A stretch of DNA of 53,926 bases from contig JAHFNC010000005.1 of assembly GCA_023267535.1 (NCBI GenBank), positions 1 through 53,926 of the forward strand. Reading direction: 5' to 3'. Positions 36,380 to 45,942 of this stretch are shown piece after piece. Each line of letters begins with the position of its first letter. Position 1 is the first letter of the stretch. This stretch comes from a bacterium (lineage in GTDB: Bacteria > Patescibacteriota > Minisyncoccia > Phycocordibacterales > UBA5272). The notes under the pieces were generated by a model. That model did no database searches. It saw only the letters and a program-made list of their open reading frames with translations, and had not been told where the DNA came from. The position numbers were made by a program, and so were the translations under genes.

Positions 36380-36508
36380 ATAAAATCGCAAAAATTGTTT
36401 TAGATACAAGGCACAGGGAATTTTTACGACCAAGACATACAATTAGTATGGCGCGTGGAGGAAAAATTCCCTGTAACGCAGTAGATGAAATGATTTTTGC
36501 GATTTTAT
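36380..36508 (+). repeat. Three-tier hairpin repeat, copy R2
   Basis: The core of about 92 nt is nearly identical to R1. The outer stem is completely different but still complementary (ataaaatcgcaaaaat/atttttgcgattttat). Overlaps the nusG stop codon. Confidence 0.75.
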
Positions 36509-37050
36509 ATTTTTTTGACTTGAAGGAAATCAAGTTCTACTGGGGTCTCGCGACCAAACATATTAACCAAAACCTTTAGTTTTCCACGTGCAGTGTCCAC
36601 TTCTGAAACTTTTCCTTCAAAATCCTTAAATGGACCATCATTTATTCTAACCATTTCGCCAAGAGCAATTGTTATTTCGTGTTCAATTTCGGAACTATTC
36701 ATTCTACTAAACAAATAATCAATTTCCTGTTGTGAAAGTGGAACAGGTAATGTTCCGGCACCGACGAAACCAGTTACACGAGGAGTGTTGCGAACAACAT
36801 ACCAAGAGTTATCATCCACAATCATATCTACTAGAACGTATCCAGGATATATCTTTTCCTCAACTTCAACTCTTTTATTCCCCTTAACTTTTATCTTTTT
36901 TTCAATTGGAACAACCACAGCAAAAATTTTGTTCTCCATTCCTAGAGAATCTATACGCTGCTTCAAATTACGCTGTACAGCGTTTTCGTATCCACTATAT
37001 GTATGAATAGCGTACCAATGACGCTCTCCTCCTGTTTCTTGCTTTGACAT
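36505..37050 (-). CDS. nusG: Transcription termination/antitermination protein NusG
   Basis: WYAIHTYSGYENAV NGN domain and a C-terminal KOW (GEMVRINDGPFKDFEGKV). Confidence 0.92.
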   Translation of the reverse strand: MSKQETGGERHWYAIHTYSGYENAVQRNLKQRIDSLGMENKIFAVVVPIEKKIKVKGNKRVEVEEKIYPGYVLVDMIVDDNSWYVVRNTPRVTGFVGAGTLPVPLSQQEIDYLFSRMNSSEIEHEITIALGEMVRINDGPFKDFEGKVSEVDTARGKLKVLVNMFGRETPVELDFLQVKKI

Positions 37051-37060
37051 AATTTTATAA

Positions 37061-37243
37061 TTACTTAGTTAAAAGTTTAGTAAGAACGGTTTTTAGAACA
37101 AAATCAACGCCACCCAAAGAAATTGCTACAACTAAAGATATTATTATCACTAATATAGTGAAATTAATAGTTTGAGAAGTCGTTGGCCAAGTAACTTGTC
37201 TTAGCTCTTCTTTGGTCGCTTTTAGATAATCTACTAGTTTCAT
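37061..37243 (-). CDS. secE: Preprotein translocase subunit SecE
   Basis: 60 aa, ELRQVTWPT followed by a single TM; upstream of nusG. Confidence 0.8.
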   Translation of the reverse strand: MKLVDYLKATKEELRQVTWPTTSQTINFTILVIIISLVVAISLGGVDFVLKTVLTKLLTK

Positions 37244-37347
37244 AATTTTCTTATTTTAAAAAACACCCCTTCGGGCATTTATTTAAATCAATAATACCAA
37301 AATAGAGAAAAATGTCAAACGGGCTTGGATTATTGAGTATTTAGCTC

Positions 37348-38130
37348 TTATTTAAGGAAATAAGTAATACTGACATCAATTTTGACACTATTTTCCCCTG
37401 TTGGAACGGTCACATCTTGCTGTGCACCACCCAATCCTTTATTTGAAACAGCTCCCATGCTCATAACCGCTGGATAATAATTATTATTATTTTCAGAGTA
37501 TTGAGAAATTTCTCCAAGAGACACACCTAAATCACTGGCTAACTTTTGCGCTTTTTCTTTAGCGTTAACTATCGCCTTTTCTCTAGCTTGTGCTTTTAGA
37601 TTATCTGGATTTTCAATTTCAAATGATGGACCGTATACATTTGTAATATTTTCAGTTCCCAACAAAGCAAAGACATCTCCTACTTTTGTCGTGTCTCTAA
37701 CTTTCACTTCAACCCCCTGCATAACCTCGTATCCATCTAATTTTTGTTTTGAACCACATCCTTCAGGCACTAAACAATAACTGTTATACGAATATTTTGG
37801 ATTTATTGAATATGAGGTTGTTTTTATATCTTTCTCATCAATACCCAAATCTTTTAGTTTTGAAACTGTCGCCTTTATTTTATCTTCAGACATGCTTTGT
37901 GCTAGAGATACAGTCTTAGCAACCTCGTCTACAGTAAAACTAATCTTTGAAATATCTGGCTTAGCGGTCACTTCTCCGTCCCCTGCTACAGTAATAGTTG
38001 CAACTTGGCCGTTTGGATGGCTTAGTGATTTCCATTCACTGTAAGCAACGGAAAGAGCTAAAACTGTTAAGGAGACAGCTAAAACAATTCCAGACATGAA
38101 TAACTTACCTTTGTATTTTTCTAGTTCCAT
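37348..38130 (-). CDS. SIMPL/DUF541 domain protein
   Basis: N-terminal TM; pattern typical of the 26-kDa periplasmic immunogenic protein family (..GYEVMQGVEVKVRD..AREKAIVNAKEKAQ..). Confidence 0.75.
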   Translation of the reverse strand: MELEKYKGKLFMSGIVLAVSLTVLALSVAYSEWKSLSHPNGQVATITVAGDGEVTAKPDISKISFTVDEVAKTVSLAQSMSEDKIKATVSKLKDLGIDEKDIKTTSYSINPKYSYNSYCLVPEGCGSKQKLDGYEVMQGVEVKVRDTTKVGDVFALLGTENITNVYGPSFEIENPDNLKAQAREKAIVNAKEKAQKLASDLGVSLGEISQYSENNNNYYPAVMSMGAVSNKGLGGAQQDVTVPTGENSVKIDVSITYFLK

Positions 38131-38148
38131 ATGTTTTTATATTAATTT

Positions 38149-39306
38149 TTATAATCTGCCAACTGCGTACATATACGTCAATAATGCAATTATAACAAAA
38201 AACATAGCTATAGCGATATGAACCAATCTATTCTCTTCTTTTGAAATTGGAGCTTTGGCAAATACAATATTACCGACATACACTGTTTTTTTAGATTGAT
38301 TGTCAGGTGATTTTTCTTTATCTTCATCTTTTTGTTTTGGTCCCATCACATTCCCATTAAAAACAGACTTGTAATGAGAGAAAGGCCAGACACTTTTTGA
38401 AGATTCAAAAGGTTTAAGTGGTAAACCCTCTGGTAATTCTTGCTCTTTTTTAGCTTTTTCTAATTTCTCTCTTTCTTCTTTTATTTCTAAAAGTAACTCC
38501 TTCTCATCTTCAATAACCAAGGACTCACTTTCCTTTTTTTCAATTTTTGGAGTTTTTTTTACCTCTTCTTTTTGTATGACTTGCTCGTGAGGAACCTCTG
38601 ACATTCTAGATAATACCTCTTCATCAGGTAACAAAACTTCTTTATCAATCACAACTTCTTCTTTCTTTTCTACAACAGGAACTGGCACCTCTTCTATTTT
38701 AATAGGAGCTTCGACAATTGGAGTAACAACCTCCACTGGCTCTATTTCTTTTACTTCTTCAATCACTGGAAGTGGATTTTCTGCAACAACAGGAATTTCT
38801 TCCTTTTTTTCTTCTATTACTGGTTCTACAATTGGCATTATTATAGGAGCTTCTATTTTTTCCTCCGCAACTGGAGTTACTTTGACTTCTATTTTATTTT
38901 CTATAACTGTAGGAATTTCCGAAACAGCTAAAGCAGCCGCCAAAATATCTTTGTTAGTATCTTGTTTAATCGGCTGCTCTAATAGAAAATCATTTGCTTC
39001 ATTTCCATCTGGAAGAAGTTTTTCTTCTGTTTTTATTTCTGTGTTTGTTGTTTCTTCTGCAACGCTAACATTTTCTACACCATTTAACCTATCGTTTATT
39101 TTATCAAATGGGGTTTCTTGTTTATTTTCTTCTTTTACAATAGATACCCCATTCTGATAATCGTGTTCGAACATAAACATAGCTTCTGTTATGTTCTTTT
39201 CTTCCCAACCTGATGCTAAAAGTAGTCTCTTTAAAGTAGCCCCGTCTAATCCAGGATTTAATTTGATTATTTCGTCTAGAGCGTTTTTAACATCTGTCAG
39301 ATTCAT
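38149..39306 (-). CDS. E/V/P/K-rich low-complexity protein with C-terminal TM anchor
   Basis: Start set at MNLTDVK (TAAgATG junction with the upstream gene). Long PV(I/V)EE(K/V)-type degenerate repeats; C-terminal hydrophobic helix. Confidence 0.55.
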   Translation of the reverse strand: MNLTDVKNALDEIIKLNPGLDGATLKRLLLASGWEEKNITEAMFMFEHDYQNGVSIVKEENKQETPFDKINDRLNGVENVSVAEETTNTEIKTEEKLLPDGNEANDFLLEQPIKQDTNKDILAAALAVSEIPTVIENKIEVKVTPVAEEKIEAPIIMPIVEPVIEEKKEEIPVVAENPLPVIEEVKEIEPVEVVTPIVEAPIKIEEVPVPVVEKKEEVVIDKEVLLPDEEVLSRMSEVPHEQVIQKEEVKKTPKIEKKESESLVIEDEKELLLEIKEEREKLEKAKKEQELPEGLPLKPFESSKSVWPFSHYKSVFNGNVMGPKQKDEDKEKSPDNQSKKTVYVGNIVFAKAPISKEENRLVHIAIAMFFVIIALLTYMYAVGRL

Positions 39307-39307
39307 C

Positions 39308-41338
39308 TTATTTCTTTGCCTTGGTTGGAGTTGCGGCCTTTGGCTCAAGAGAATTCATTAAATCAGTCAATGAAGAATTATTTGGATTCTGCTTGATAAG
39401 CTCAGTAGCAATCATCTTAGCCAAATCTGGTCTTCCGCCGTCACGAAGAGCGACAGCTAGGAAATATGCGGTATTAGCGTTAGTTTGATCAATCTTAAGA
39501 GCTTCTTGGAAGGAAGAAATTGCGTTTTGGTAGTCTTTCTTTCCGTAGAACAATAATCCGGCTTGAGTATATACTGCAGGGTCGCTAGGAGCGTTTTTCT
39601 CAGCTTGAAGAGCATATGTTAGAGCGTCATCCACATTATTGTTAGAAGCTTCTAATTGGCTCATAAAGTACTGTGCATCTGCGAAGTTTGTCTTCTTAGC
39701 AAGAGCTTGTGTTAAATAACTCTTAACCCCTTCTTTTGTACCTGCTGATGACTCAAGACGAGCTAAAGTTATGTATAGATAAGGGTTTCCATTATAAAGG
39801 TTTGTTGCGTCAGTGTATGACTTCTTAGCACTGGCGTAAGCCTTATCCTTGTCAAAAGGAATTGCTAATTCGTAAGCACGTCCCAATGAAACATAATTTT
39901 GGTAATTGTAAGAACCATTCTTCACAGCATTAAGACCAGCATCTACTGCGTATTTTGCTTTTTCTAGATAAGCAGCCTTGATTTCGTCAGGACCAGTCTC
40001 ATTTGAATTGATAATCAGCTTTTCTTTAGAGATAGCATACTCAACCTGAGCTCGGTAGAAACCGTCATAAGGGTAAATACTTGTAGCTTTGCCAAGTAAA
40101 GCCTCAACTTCAGGAGTTGCTCCCTTTGTAGCGAAGATACTTTGTGCATTATTGAAGTAAATTGTTGCCGCTGCTTTTTTGAAAGTTAGAAATCCGTGAA
40201 TAGTAAACAAAGCAACTATTGGAATAAACACGTAAACAGCCATCTTTGCTGGATGAAATTCACCAAGTGGATGCTTAGCAAGACCAAGCCCTGCTAAAAC
40301 TGCCCAAACTATCAACATTGAGTAGGAGAATGGAACAACCCAAGAGATAATTGCGAAATATAACAAAACAGTTGTAATCAATCCAAAAATAACTTTATCT
40401 TTAGTGTCTGTTGCTCTCTTGTATGATTGGTAGGTAGAAACAAGAGATCCAAGGACCAAGAACAAGAAGGCTAGAACTCCGACAATACCTATAGTTGAAA
40501 GGAAAGTCATCATTGTTCCAGAAGCTTGGTTGAAATCAACTCCGAACAAAGGAGATTCTATAACGCTACTTGGTCTATATAGTTGCCATGCACGGACGAA
40601 ATCTCCGGCACCAACACCAAATATTCCTTTGTTTACAAGAACTTGTTGGCCAACAGCTAGTGAAAGTGAAAAACTTGGTCTTGTGTCCCCTTTGATTCCA
40701 GCCATAACTAGAACAAGAGCGATAACGACAGCAGTTACTGCCACTACAGTTCTATACTTTATATGAACATTTGATACTTTTGCATAAATAAGCAAAGCAA
40801 TTACTGATATTCCAACGTAAACAATAAGTGAGGTCGCTGAAGAGAATCCTGAAAGTGGAGCAGATAACCATGTAGACATTTGACCTGAGAATATTGTTGA
40901 GAAGATGAAGACAAGACTGGCAATGCCGAGTATGGCAATCATAATTTGCTTTAGTCTGTTGCGGAAATTCTCAGGCAGAGTTCTAACTAAATACATAGTT
41001 GCTGGTATTCCCATTAGAGAAACTGCTGAGAAAGGATTGATACCCTCTCCAAAAAGAGTTCCCTTATTGTTTGAGAATATATAAGATAGAACTAAGGCTA
41101 AAGAAAAGGCACTGTAAGCAATTAACTCGAAACGAGACACTGGATGCCAAGTTTTAGTTAGAATCGCTACTATAATATATGATAATAAGGCAATAGCAAT
41201 GGCCGCGGTCATTGTTATGTAATATGTAACATCAGGCGAAAATGTAGTTGCTGGTACGAAAAATAACGGTGACCCAACAATCACAAAGGCTGTTGCATAC
41301 TTATAAATACTGGAAAGCACTTTAATAAAGATTTTCAT
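39308..41338 (-). CDS. O-antigen ligase-like polytopic membrane protein with C-terminal TPR repeats
   Basis: About 10-12 TM segments followed by TPR-like A/Y/L repeats (..YYRAQVEYA.., ..AYFLAVALRD..). Confidence 0.65.
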   Translation of the reverse strand: MKIFIKVLSSIYKYATAFVIVGSPLFFVPATTFSPDVTYYITMTAAIAIALLSYIIVAILTKTWHPVSRFELIAYSAFSLALVLSYIFSNNKGTLFGEGINPFSAVSLMGIPATMYLVRTLPENFRNRLKQIMIAILGIASLVFIFSTIFSGQMSTWLSAPLSGFSSATSLIVYVGISVIALLIYAKVSNVHIKYRTVVAVTAVVIALVLVMAGIKGDTRPSFSLSLAVGQQVLVNKGIFGVGAGDFVRAWQLYRPSSVIESPLFGVDFNQASGTMMTFLSTIGIVGVLAFLFLVLGSLVSTYQSYKRATDTKDKVIFGLITTVLLYFAIISWVVPFSYSMLIVWAVLAGLGLAKHPLGEFHPAKMAVYVFIPIVALFTIHGFLTFKKAAATIYFNNAQSIFATKGATPEVEALLGKATSIYPYDGFYRAQVEYAISKEKLIINSNETGPDEIKAAYLEKAKYAVDAGLNAVKNGSYNYQNYVSLGRAYELAIPFDKDKAYASAKKSYTDATNLYNGNPYLYITLARLESSAGTKEGVKSYLTQALAKKTNFADAQYFMSQLEASNNNVDDALTYALQAEKNAPSDPAVYTQAGLLFYGKKDYQNAISSFQEALKIDQTNANTAYFLAVALRDGGRPDLAKMIATELIKQNPNNSSLTDLMNSLEPKAATPTKAKK

Positions 41339-41466
41339 TTTGTTTGTTAATTTGATTGATTTAATTTTTTAATAATTCTGTAACATTAATTATAACAAAA
41401 AATCTTTTTTTTCTATGTGGACAGAGGGGATAATTAATTGATAATTTAAATTATAATAAGAATATT

Positions 41467-41673
41467 ATGGAAGACATTCAAAATACAGAAAATAATAACG
41501 GTGTAGAGATACCACAGACTGATGTTAATCTTGTAGTCCAAGAGGGTGTTGGCATAAATGCTTACAGTTTTTTGAGAAAAGTTTTAATATCACTTTTAGT
41601 ACTTCTTTGTGTGTTCGCTTTTATAGCCCTTATCTATGTAAACGGAAAGACTATATATGAACACGGTCTATAA
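41467..41673 (+). CDS. Small single-TM protein
   Basis: ORF with a C-terminal hydrophobic helix; overlaps the next gene by 17 nt. Confidence 0.4.
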   Translation: MEDIQNTENNNGVEIPQTDVNLVVQEGVGINAYSFLRKVLISLLVLLCVFAFIALIYVNGKTIYEHGL

Positions 41674-43243
41674 AAAGACAGTTGAAAACGATGTATCCCC
41701 TCTTTTTATTACATTAAAGGAAAAAATAAAAGGTGACATCAGTTGCTCTTATCAAACATTAGCCTCACACAGTGTGGATAATTCAAATTGCCAAGTCTGG
41801 CCACAAGCGGTTGTTTTTCCAAAAACAGTAAACGATATCAAGGAAATTATAGATTTTGCTAAAGAATACAATATGCCTATTTCTCCACGTGGAAATGGCT
41901 CACTAGACGATGGTGGGTCATTAACCGAAGGAATACATCTTGATATGACAAAGTATTTTTCTGAAATAAAAACTATTAATGTTATAAACAGTTTAATTAC
42001 AGTAGAAAGTGGTGTTTCTAATAAATACATAAAAGAAAAATTAAAATCTTGGGGACTAGAAATACCGATAATTACAGAAGAAAATGAAACTGGGACTATT
42101 GGTGGATTAGTTTCTTCAAAACACATAAGTTCTTCATTTTTGGAACATGGAAGTATAAGAGAATGGGTGGAAGGAATAAATATAGTTCTTTCAAACAAAG
42201 AAGAACATCAAATAAGAGACGGGGTGGCACCAAGTAGTGGGCTTTTAGAAATTTATGAAAAAACTTTCCCCTTGATATCAAGAAATCTTTCTTATATAAA
42301 TGGTGCCAAGAACAATTGTAGAGTTGATAATTCTGGATTTGATATTTGGAATCAATCCATAAGTGGCAGACAGCTGATTGATATCATTGTTGGATCTGGT
42401 GGAACATTGGGAATCATAACCTCGATTACACTTAGAACTACGCCGATAAAAAGAAAAGAGGTTTCTTTATTGTTAGAAATAAATTCATATAAAGACTTAC
42501 AAAAATCAATAGATATTTTAAAAGATGCTGGCTTAGAGAGAGTTAATTTAATTGATACAAACTCAATTATTTTGGCTGGTAAAAATTTTGAAAGTATAAC
42601 CAAAGAAATAAAACTAAAAGAAGACACAAAATTTTGTTTATTAGGAACGCTCCGTGCTAATGACGAAGAAAGATTGGAACATAAAGCGAAAATCATTCTT
42701 TCAAAAATACATCTTGATGAAAAAGATAAAAGAATATTAAATCACGAGGAAGCAAGTGCATATAAAAAACTAGTGTCATCACCAAAAGAAATTCTAAGTA
42801 TTTATTCTAAAAAAAGATTGCCTGTTATAAACTTTTTGGACAGTTTGATTGTTGAGGTTAGCCAAGTTTCAAATTTTATAAAAGAACTGGAAGAAATTTT
42901 ACAGAATAAAGGTATGACCTTTCTAATCTCTGGAAATGTAGCTTTTGGTCATGTTAGTATTTTATTTATTTACGATATTTCAAACGACGAAATGTGTGAC
43001 AAATTATTTTTGTTTACCAGAGATATTTTTTCATTAACAAAAAAATATAATGGTGGTATTTGTGGTTACGGAAACGACGGATTAATTCGCACCCCTTTTT
43101 TAAATGTGATGTATGGAAGTAAGATAACAGAATTATTTAACGAAATAAAAAATATCTGGGATGCAGAAAATATTTTTAACCCAAGCAAAAAAACTTACGC
43201 TTCACTTTCTTATTTAAAACAACATCTTAGAAAGATAAACTAG
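41657..43243 (+). CDS. FAD-binding (PCMH-type) oxidase/dehydrogenase
   Basis: PISPRGNGSLDDGGS and GTIGGLV motifs of the FAD_binding_4 family. Confidence 0.7.
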   Translation: MNTVYKKTVENDVSPLFITLKEKIKGDISCSYQTLASHSVDNSNCQVWPQAVVFPKTVNDIKEIIDFAKEYNMPISPRGNGSLDDGGSLTEGIHLDMTKYFSEIKTINVINSLITVESGVSNKYIKEKLKSWGLEIPIITEENETGTIGGLVSSKHISSSFLEHGSIREWVEGINIVLSNKEEHQIRDGVAPSSGLLEIYEKTFPLISRNLSYINGAKNNCRVDNSGFDIWNQSISGRQLIDIIVGSGGTLGIITSITLRTTPIKRKEVSLLLEINSYKDLQKSIDILKDAGLERVNLIDTNSIILAGKNFESITKEIKLKEDTKFCLLGTLRANDEERLEHKAKIILSKIHLDEKDKRILNHEEASAYKKLVSSPKEILSIYSKKRLPVINFLDSLIVEVSQVSNFIKELEEILQNKGMTFLISGNVAFGHVSILFIYDISNDEMCDKLFLFTRDIFSLTKKYNGGICGYGNDGLIRTPFLNVMYGSKITELFNEIKNIWDAENIFNPSKKTYASLSYLKQHLRKIN

Positions 43244-43650
43244 TATTTTCTTCCTTTTACTAAATGTTTTATTTGTTCCTTGGCATCGTAACTTCCTCTT
43301 ACAATATCTCTTGCCCAGATACGAAATTCTCTTCCCCATTCACCTTTCACACGAAAACCAATAGCGATAATAACATCTGGATTATAAACAAAAATTTTTC
43401 TAGTTACTTCTTTTTTCCCTTCTTTCTGAGTTATAAATAAAATTCTTTCAGAAACCGCTTTTAGCATTTCTTTTTCTCTGTAAATTTTCTTTAAGTGATC
43501 ATTCACTGTTGGAATAGTTCTTCCGTAAATTCTAGCAATTCTTTTTTGTGTACTCCACACTTCACCATCAACAATAAACACACCCTCTTTAACTAAAGCC
43601 GGTTCATCCTTTAAATGTATATGCGGAATATCTCTAGATTGTATAGCCAT
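43240..43650 (-). CDS. RhuM-like DNA-binding protein (short)
   Basis: ..VWSTQKRIARIYGRTIPTVNDHLKKIY..NPDVIIAIGFRVKGEWGREFRIWA resembles the RhuM family core. Confidence 0.55.
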   Translation of the reverse strand: MAIQSRDIPHIHLKDEPALVKEGVFIVDGEVWSTQKRIARIYGRTIPTVNDHLKKIYREKEMLKAVSERILFITQKEGKKEVTRKIFVYNPDVIIAIGFRVKGEWGREFRIWARDIVRGSYDAKEQIKHLVKGRKY

Positions 43651-43693
43651 ATAAAAAGTATATCAAAAATGTCTCTCTTATGAATTTTAATTA

Positions 43694-45199
43694 TTAAAAA
43701 CCAGGGAAATAATCAGTCTTAATATCTTTTCCTTTAACATTAATTTCTTTTAATTCTTTACTAAATGTTTCTACCATTCCATGAGGACCTGATATATACC
43801 ACACTCTTTCACTAGCATCGGGAACAATTGAAAGAAGCATCTCTTTATTTAAAGCTCCAACTAAAATATTTCCGATACTAGCCCCTTCTCCGACTACAAA
43901 AAATTTTGTCAGCCATGTTTTTTCATCAAATTCACTTTTATAAGCGGCATCTTTCATTGACCTTATACAATAAATTAATTTTATATCGCGGGGATTTTGT
44001 TCTGTAACGGTGTCAATCATTGCTTTCATTGGGGTGATACCAATACCTCCGGCAATGAAACCAATTTTTTTCTTTTTATCTTTTGGTAAAACGAAATCTC
44101 CGGCGATGTTTGTCATATTTATAGCTTGTCCGGGATTTAAACTCATCAATCCTTTCTTAAATTCGCTACTTGGAATACTCATTTTTATTCCAAGTCTAAG
44201 TTCTTTGTTATTTGGAGCGCTAGCAATTGTAAAATATCTACGATTGCCACGAGTATCTGACATGGCTGAAGGAGTTGTAAATTCAGCAAACTGCCCAGCC
44301 TTCCAAGGTTTTAGATGTTTGCTTGTAAAAATAAATTCGTAAGTTAAAGCCCCTATTTCTCTTATATCTTTAAGAAGTAAAATACTAGTTTCCTTTGGTG
44401 AAATAATTAAAGAAACAAAGTTAACAACAACAAGAGCCAGCTCCGGAGTTAGTCCTAACCCAAATAATGTCGTTACATCTGAAAATAAAATTCCAGCCAA
44501 TATTCCATAAACTATTTGTCCCCAATTACTTGCTGGAGTTGTTAGTGGTTCGGTGAGCATTATTCCTAGGAAGAAAAATATCGGGGATAAAGTTAGCGCT
44601 CCAATAAATAATTGGCCAGAGTTAAGAATAGATTCATTTAAATAAAAAGTTTTAAATATAAGAGAAAATAAAACAGACAGTAGGAATGCAGTGGCCATAG
44701 AAAATCGTCTAACTTTGTAAACAATAACAAGAGCCATGACTGCCATTACTGGAATAAGATAACTAACTGTTCCAATCCACCAATCGGCACCAAAATAAAA
44801 ACCATAGCCAGTTAAAACAACGGCCACGGCGGCTGGATTAAAGATGTGTCTTTTTCTCCAAACCAAAATATATTTTGAAGCCTGAGCCAAAATTGCCACC
44901 CATGAATCTAGTAATATTACTTGTAAAAGTGGAGCTGGTGGAATAATTAAAACAAGAATTAAAGCTGTGATGTAAACAGATTCGTCATTGGTAACAACCC
45001 TAAAAGCTTTGGCCAAAATATAGTTGGCTAATACGCTTACTGAGACAATATACAAACATTGTGTAATTAAATCTATAGGCGTAGGTGAAATTAATTTAAA
45101 ATAAGAAAGAGCTAAGGCTAATACGAATAAAAGACAAAGAGAGTAGAGGACAATGCGATACATTGTTGTGTTTTGTATTAATCTAAGAATTTTTTGCAT
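43694..45199 (-). CDS. RnfD/NqrB-like membrane domain fused to FNR-type FAD/NAD(P)-binding reductase
   Basis: N-terminal polytopic region with HIFNPAA. C-terminal RRYFTIAS (RxYS), GGIGITP and a terminal ..DYFPGF. Confidence 0.7.
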   Translation of the reverse strand: MQKILRLIQNTTMYRIVLYSLCLLFVLALALSYFKLISPTPIDLITQCLYIVSVSVLANYILAKAFRVVTNDESVYITALILVLIIPPAPLLQVILLDSWVAILAQASKYILVWRKRHIFNPAAVAVVLTGYGFYFGADWWIGTVSYLIPVMAVMALVIVYKVRRFSMATAFLLSVLFSLIFKTFYLNESILNSGQLFIGALTLSPIFFFLGIMLTEPLTTPASNWGQIVYGILAGILFSDVTTLFGLGLTPELALVVVNFVSLIISPKETSILLLKDIREIGALTYEFIFTSKHLKPWKAGQFAEFTTPSAMSDTRGNRRYFTIASAPNNKELRLGIKMSIPSSEFKKGLMSLNPGQAINMTNIAGDFVLPKDKKKKIGFIAGGIGITPMKAMIDTVTEQNPRDIKLIYCIRSMKDAAYKSEFDEKTWLTKFFVVGEGASIGNILVGALNKEMLLSIVPDASERVWYISGPHGMVETFSKELKEINVKGKDIKTDYFPGF

Positions 45200-45201
45200 A
45201 A

Positions 45202-45942
45202 TTAATTTATGAATTTTGATAATCCTGTGGTAGATACTGCTTCTTTATTATTGTATACCATATAGCCTTCAAAATCTTCCATTTGTTCAAGTTTATAAAT
45301 GGAAGATTTACCTTCGGCAAAAAATGGCGTAGAAAATCTATCAGCTTCAAGGGCATTTTTAGCAATCACTGTCAGACTAGAAATATCTGTTGCCATTTTA
45401 CCAGTGTGTGGATTATAAATATGTTCCCCTCTTTCATAATTTCCGCTCGTTGCAATGCCAGCATTAGTTACTGATAAGACTTTTATAATTTCGTCTTTGT
45501 TAAATGGATTTCTAATTCCTATTTTCCATTTCTCTCCCTTTTCGTTTAAGCCGGCAACTTCAATATCGCCGGCAATTTCAACCAAAAAATTTTTCAATCC
45601 TTTTTCTTTTAAAAGATTGCAGGCTTGATGTATAGCAAAACCTTTTACAATGCCGAGTAGTTCGTATTTTCCATCTCTTAAATATTCAAAATATCCGTCA
45701 GTTTCTTTTTTTGTTTTTTCAGCAAGAGTGATTATCTCTTTTACTAATGGATGCCAATCTTTTTCTTTTATTTCTCCTCTATTTATTTTAGAAATGTAAG
45801 AAAATTCGTCGAAAGAATTAAAAATATTATTAATCAAATCAAAATAAGACAATATTTCGTCAACATTTTCTTGTATAGCTCTCTCATCAACAAGGACAAT
45901 AAAAACAGGCATTGTCATTTTTGTTGTCTCTACTTTAATCAT
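45202..45942 (-). CDS. apbE: FAD:protein FMN transferase (ApbE family, short)
   Basis: GIATSGNYERGEHI motif; adjacent to the FMN-binding and RnfD-like genes. Confidence 0.75.
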   Translation of the reverse strand: MIKVETTKMTMPVFIVLVDERAIQENVDEILSYFDLINNIFNSFDEFSYISKINRGEIKEKDWHPLVKEIITLAEKTKKETDGYFEYLRDGKYELLGIVKGFAIHQACNLLKEKGLKNFLVEIAGDIEVAGLNEKGEKWKIGIRNPFNKDEIIKVLSVTNAGIATSGNYERGEHIYNPHTGKMATDISSLTVIAKNALEADRFSTPFFAEGKSSIYKLEQMEDFEGYMVYNNKEAVSTTGLSKFIN

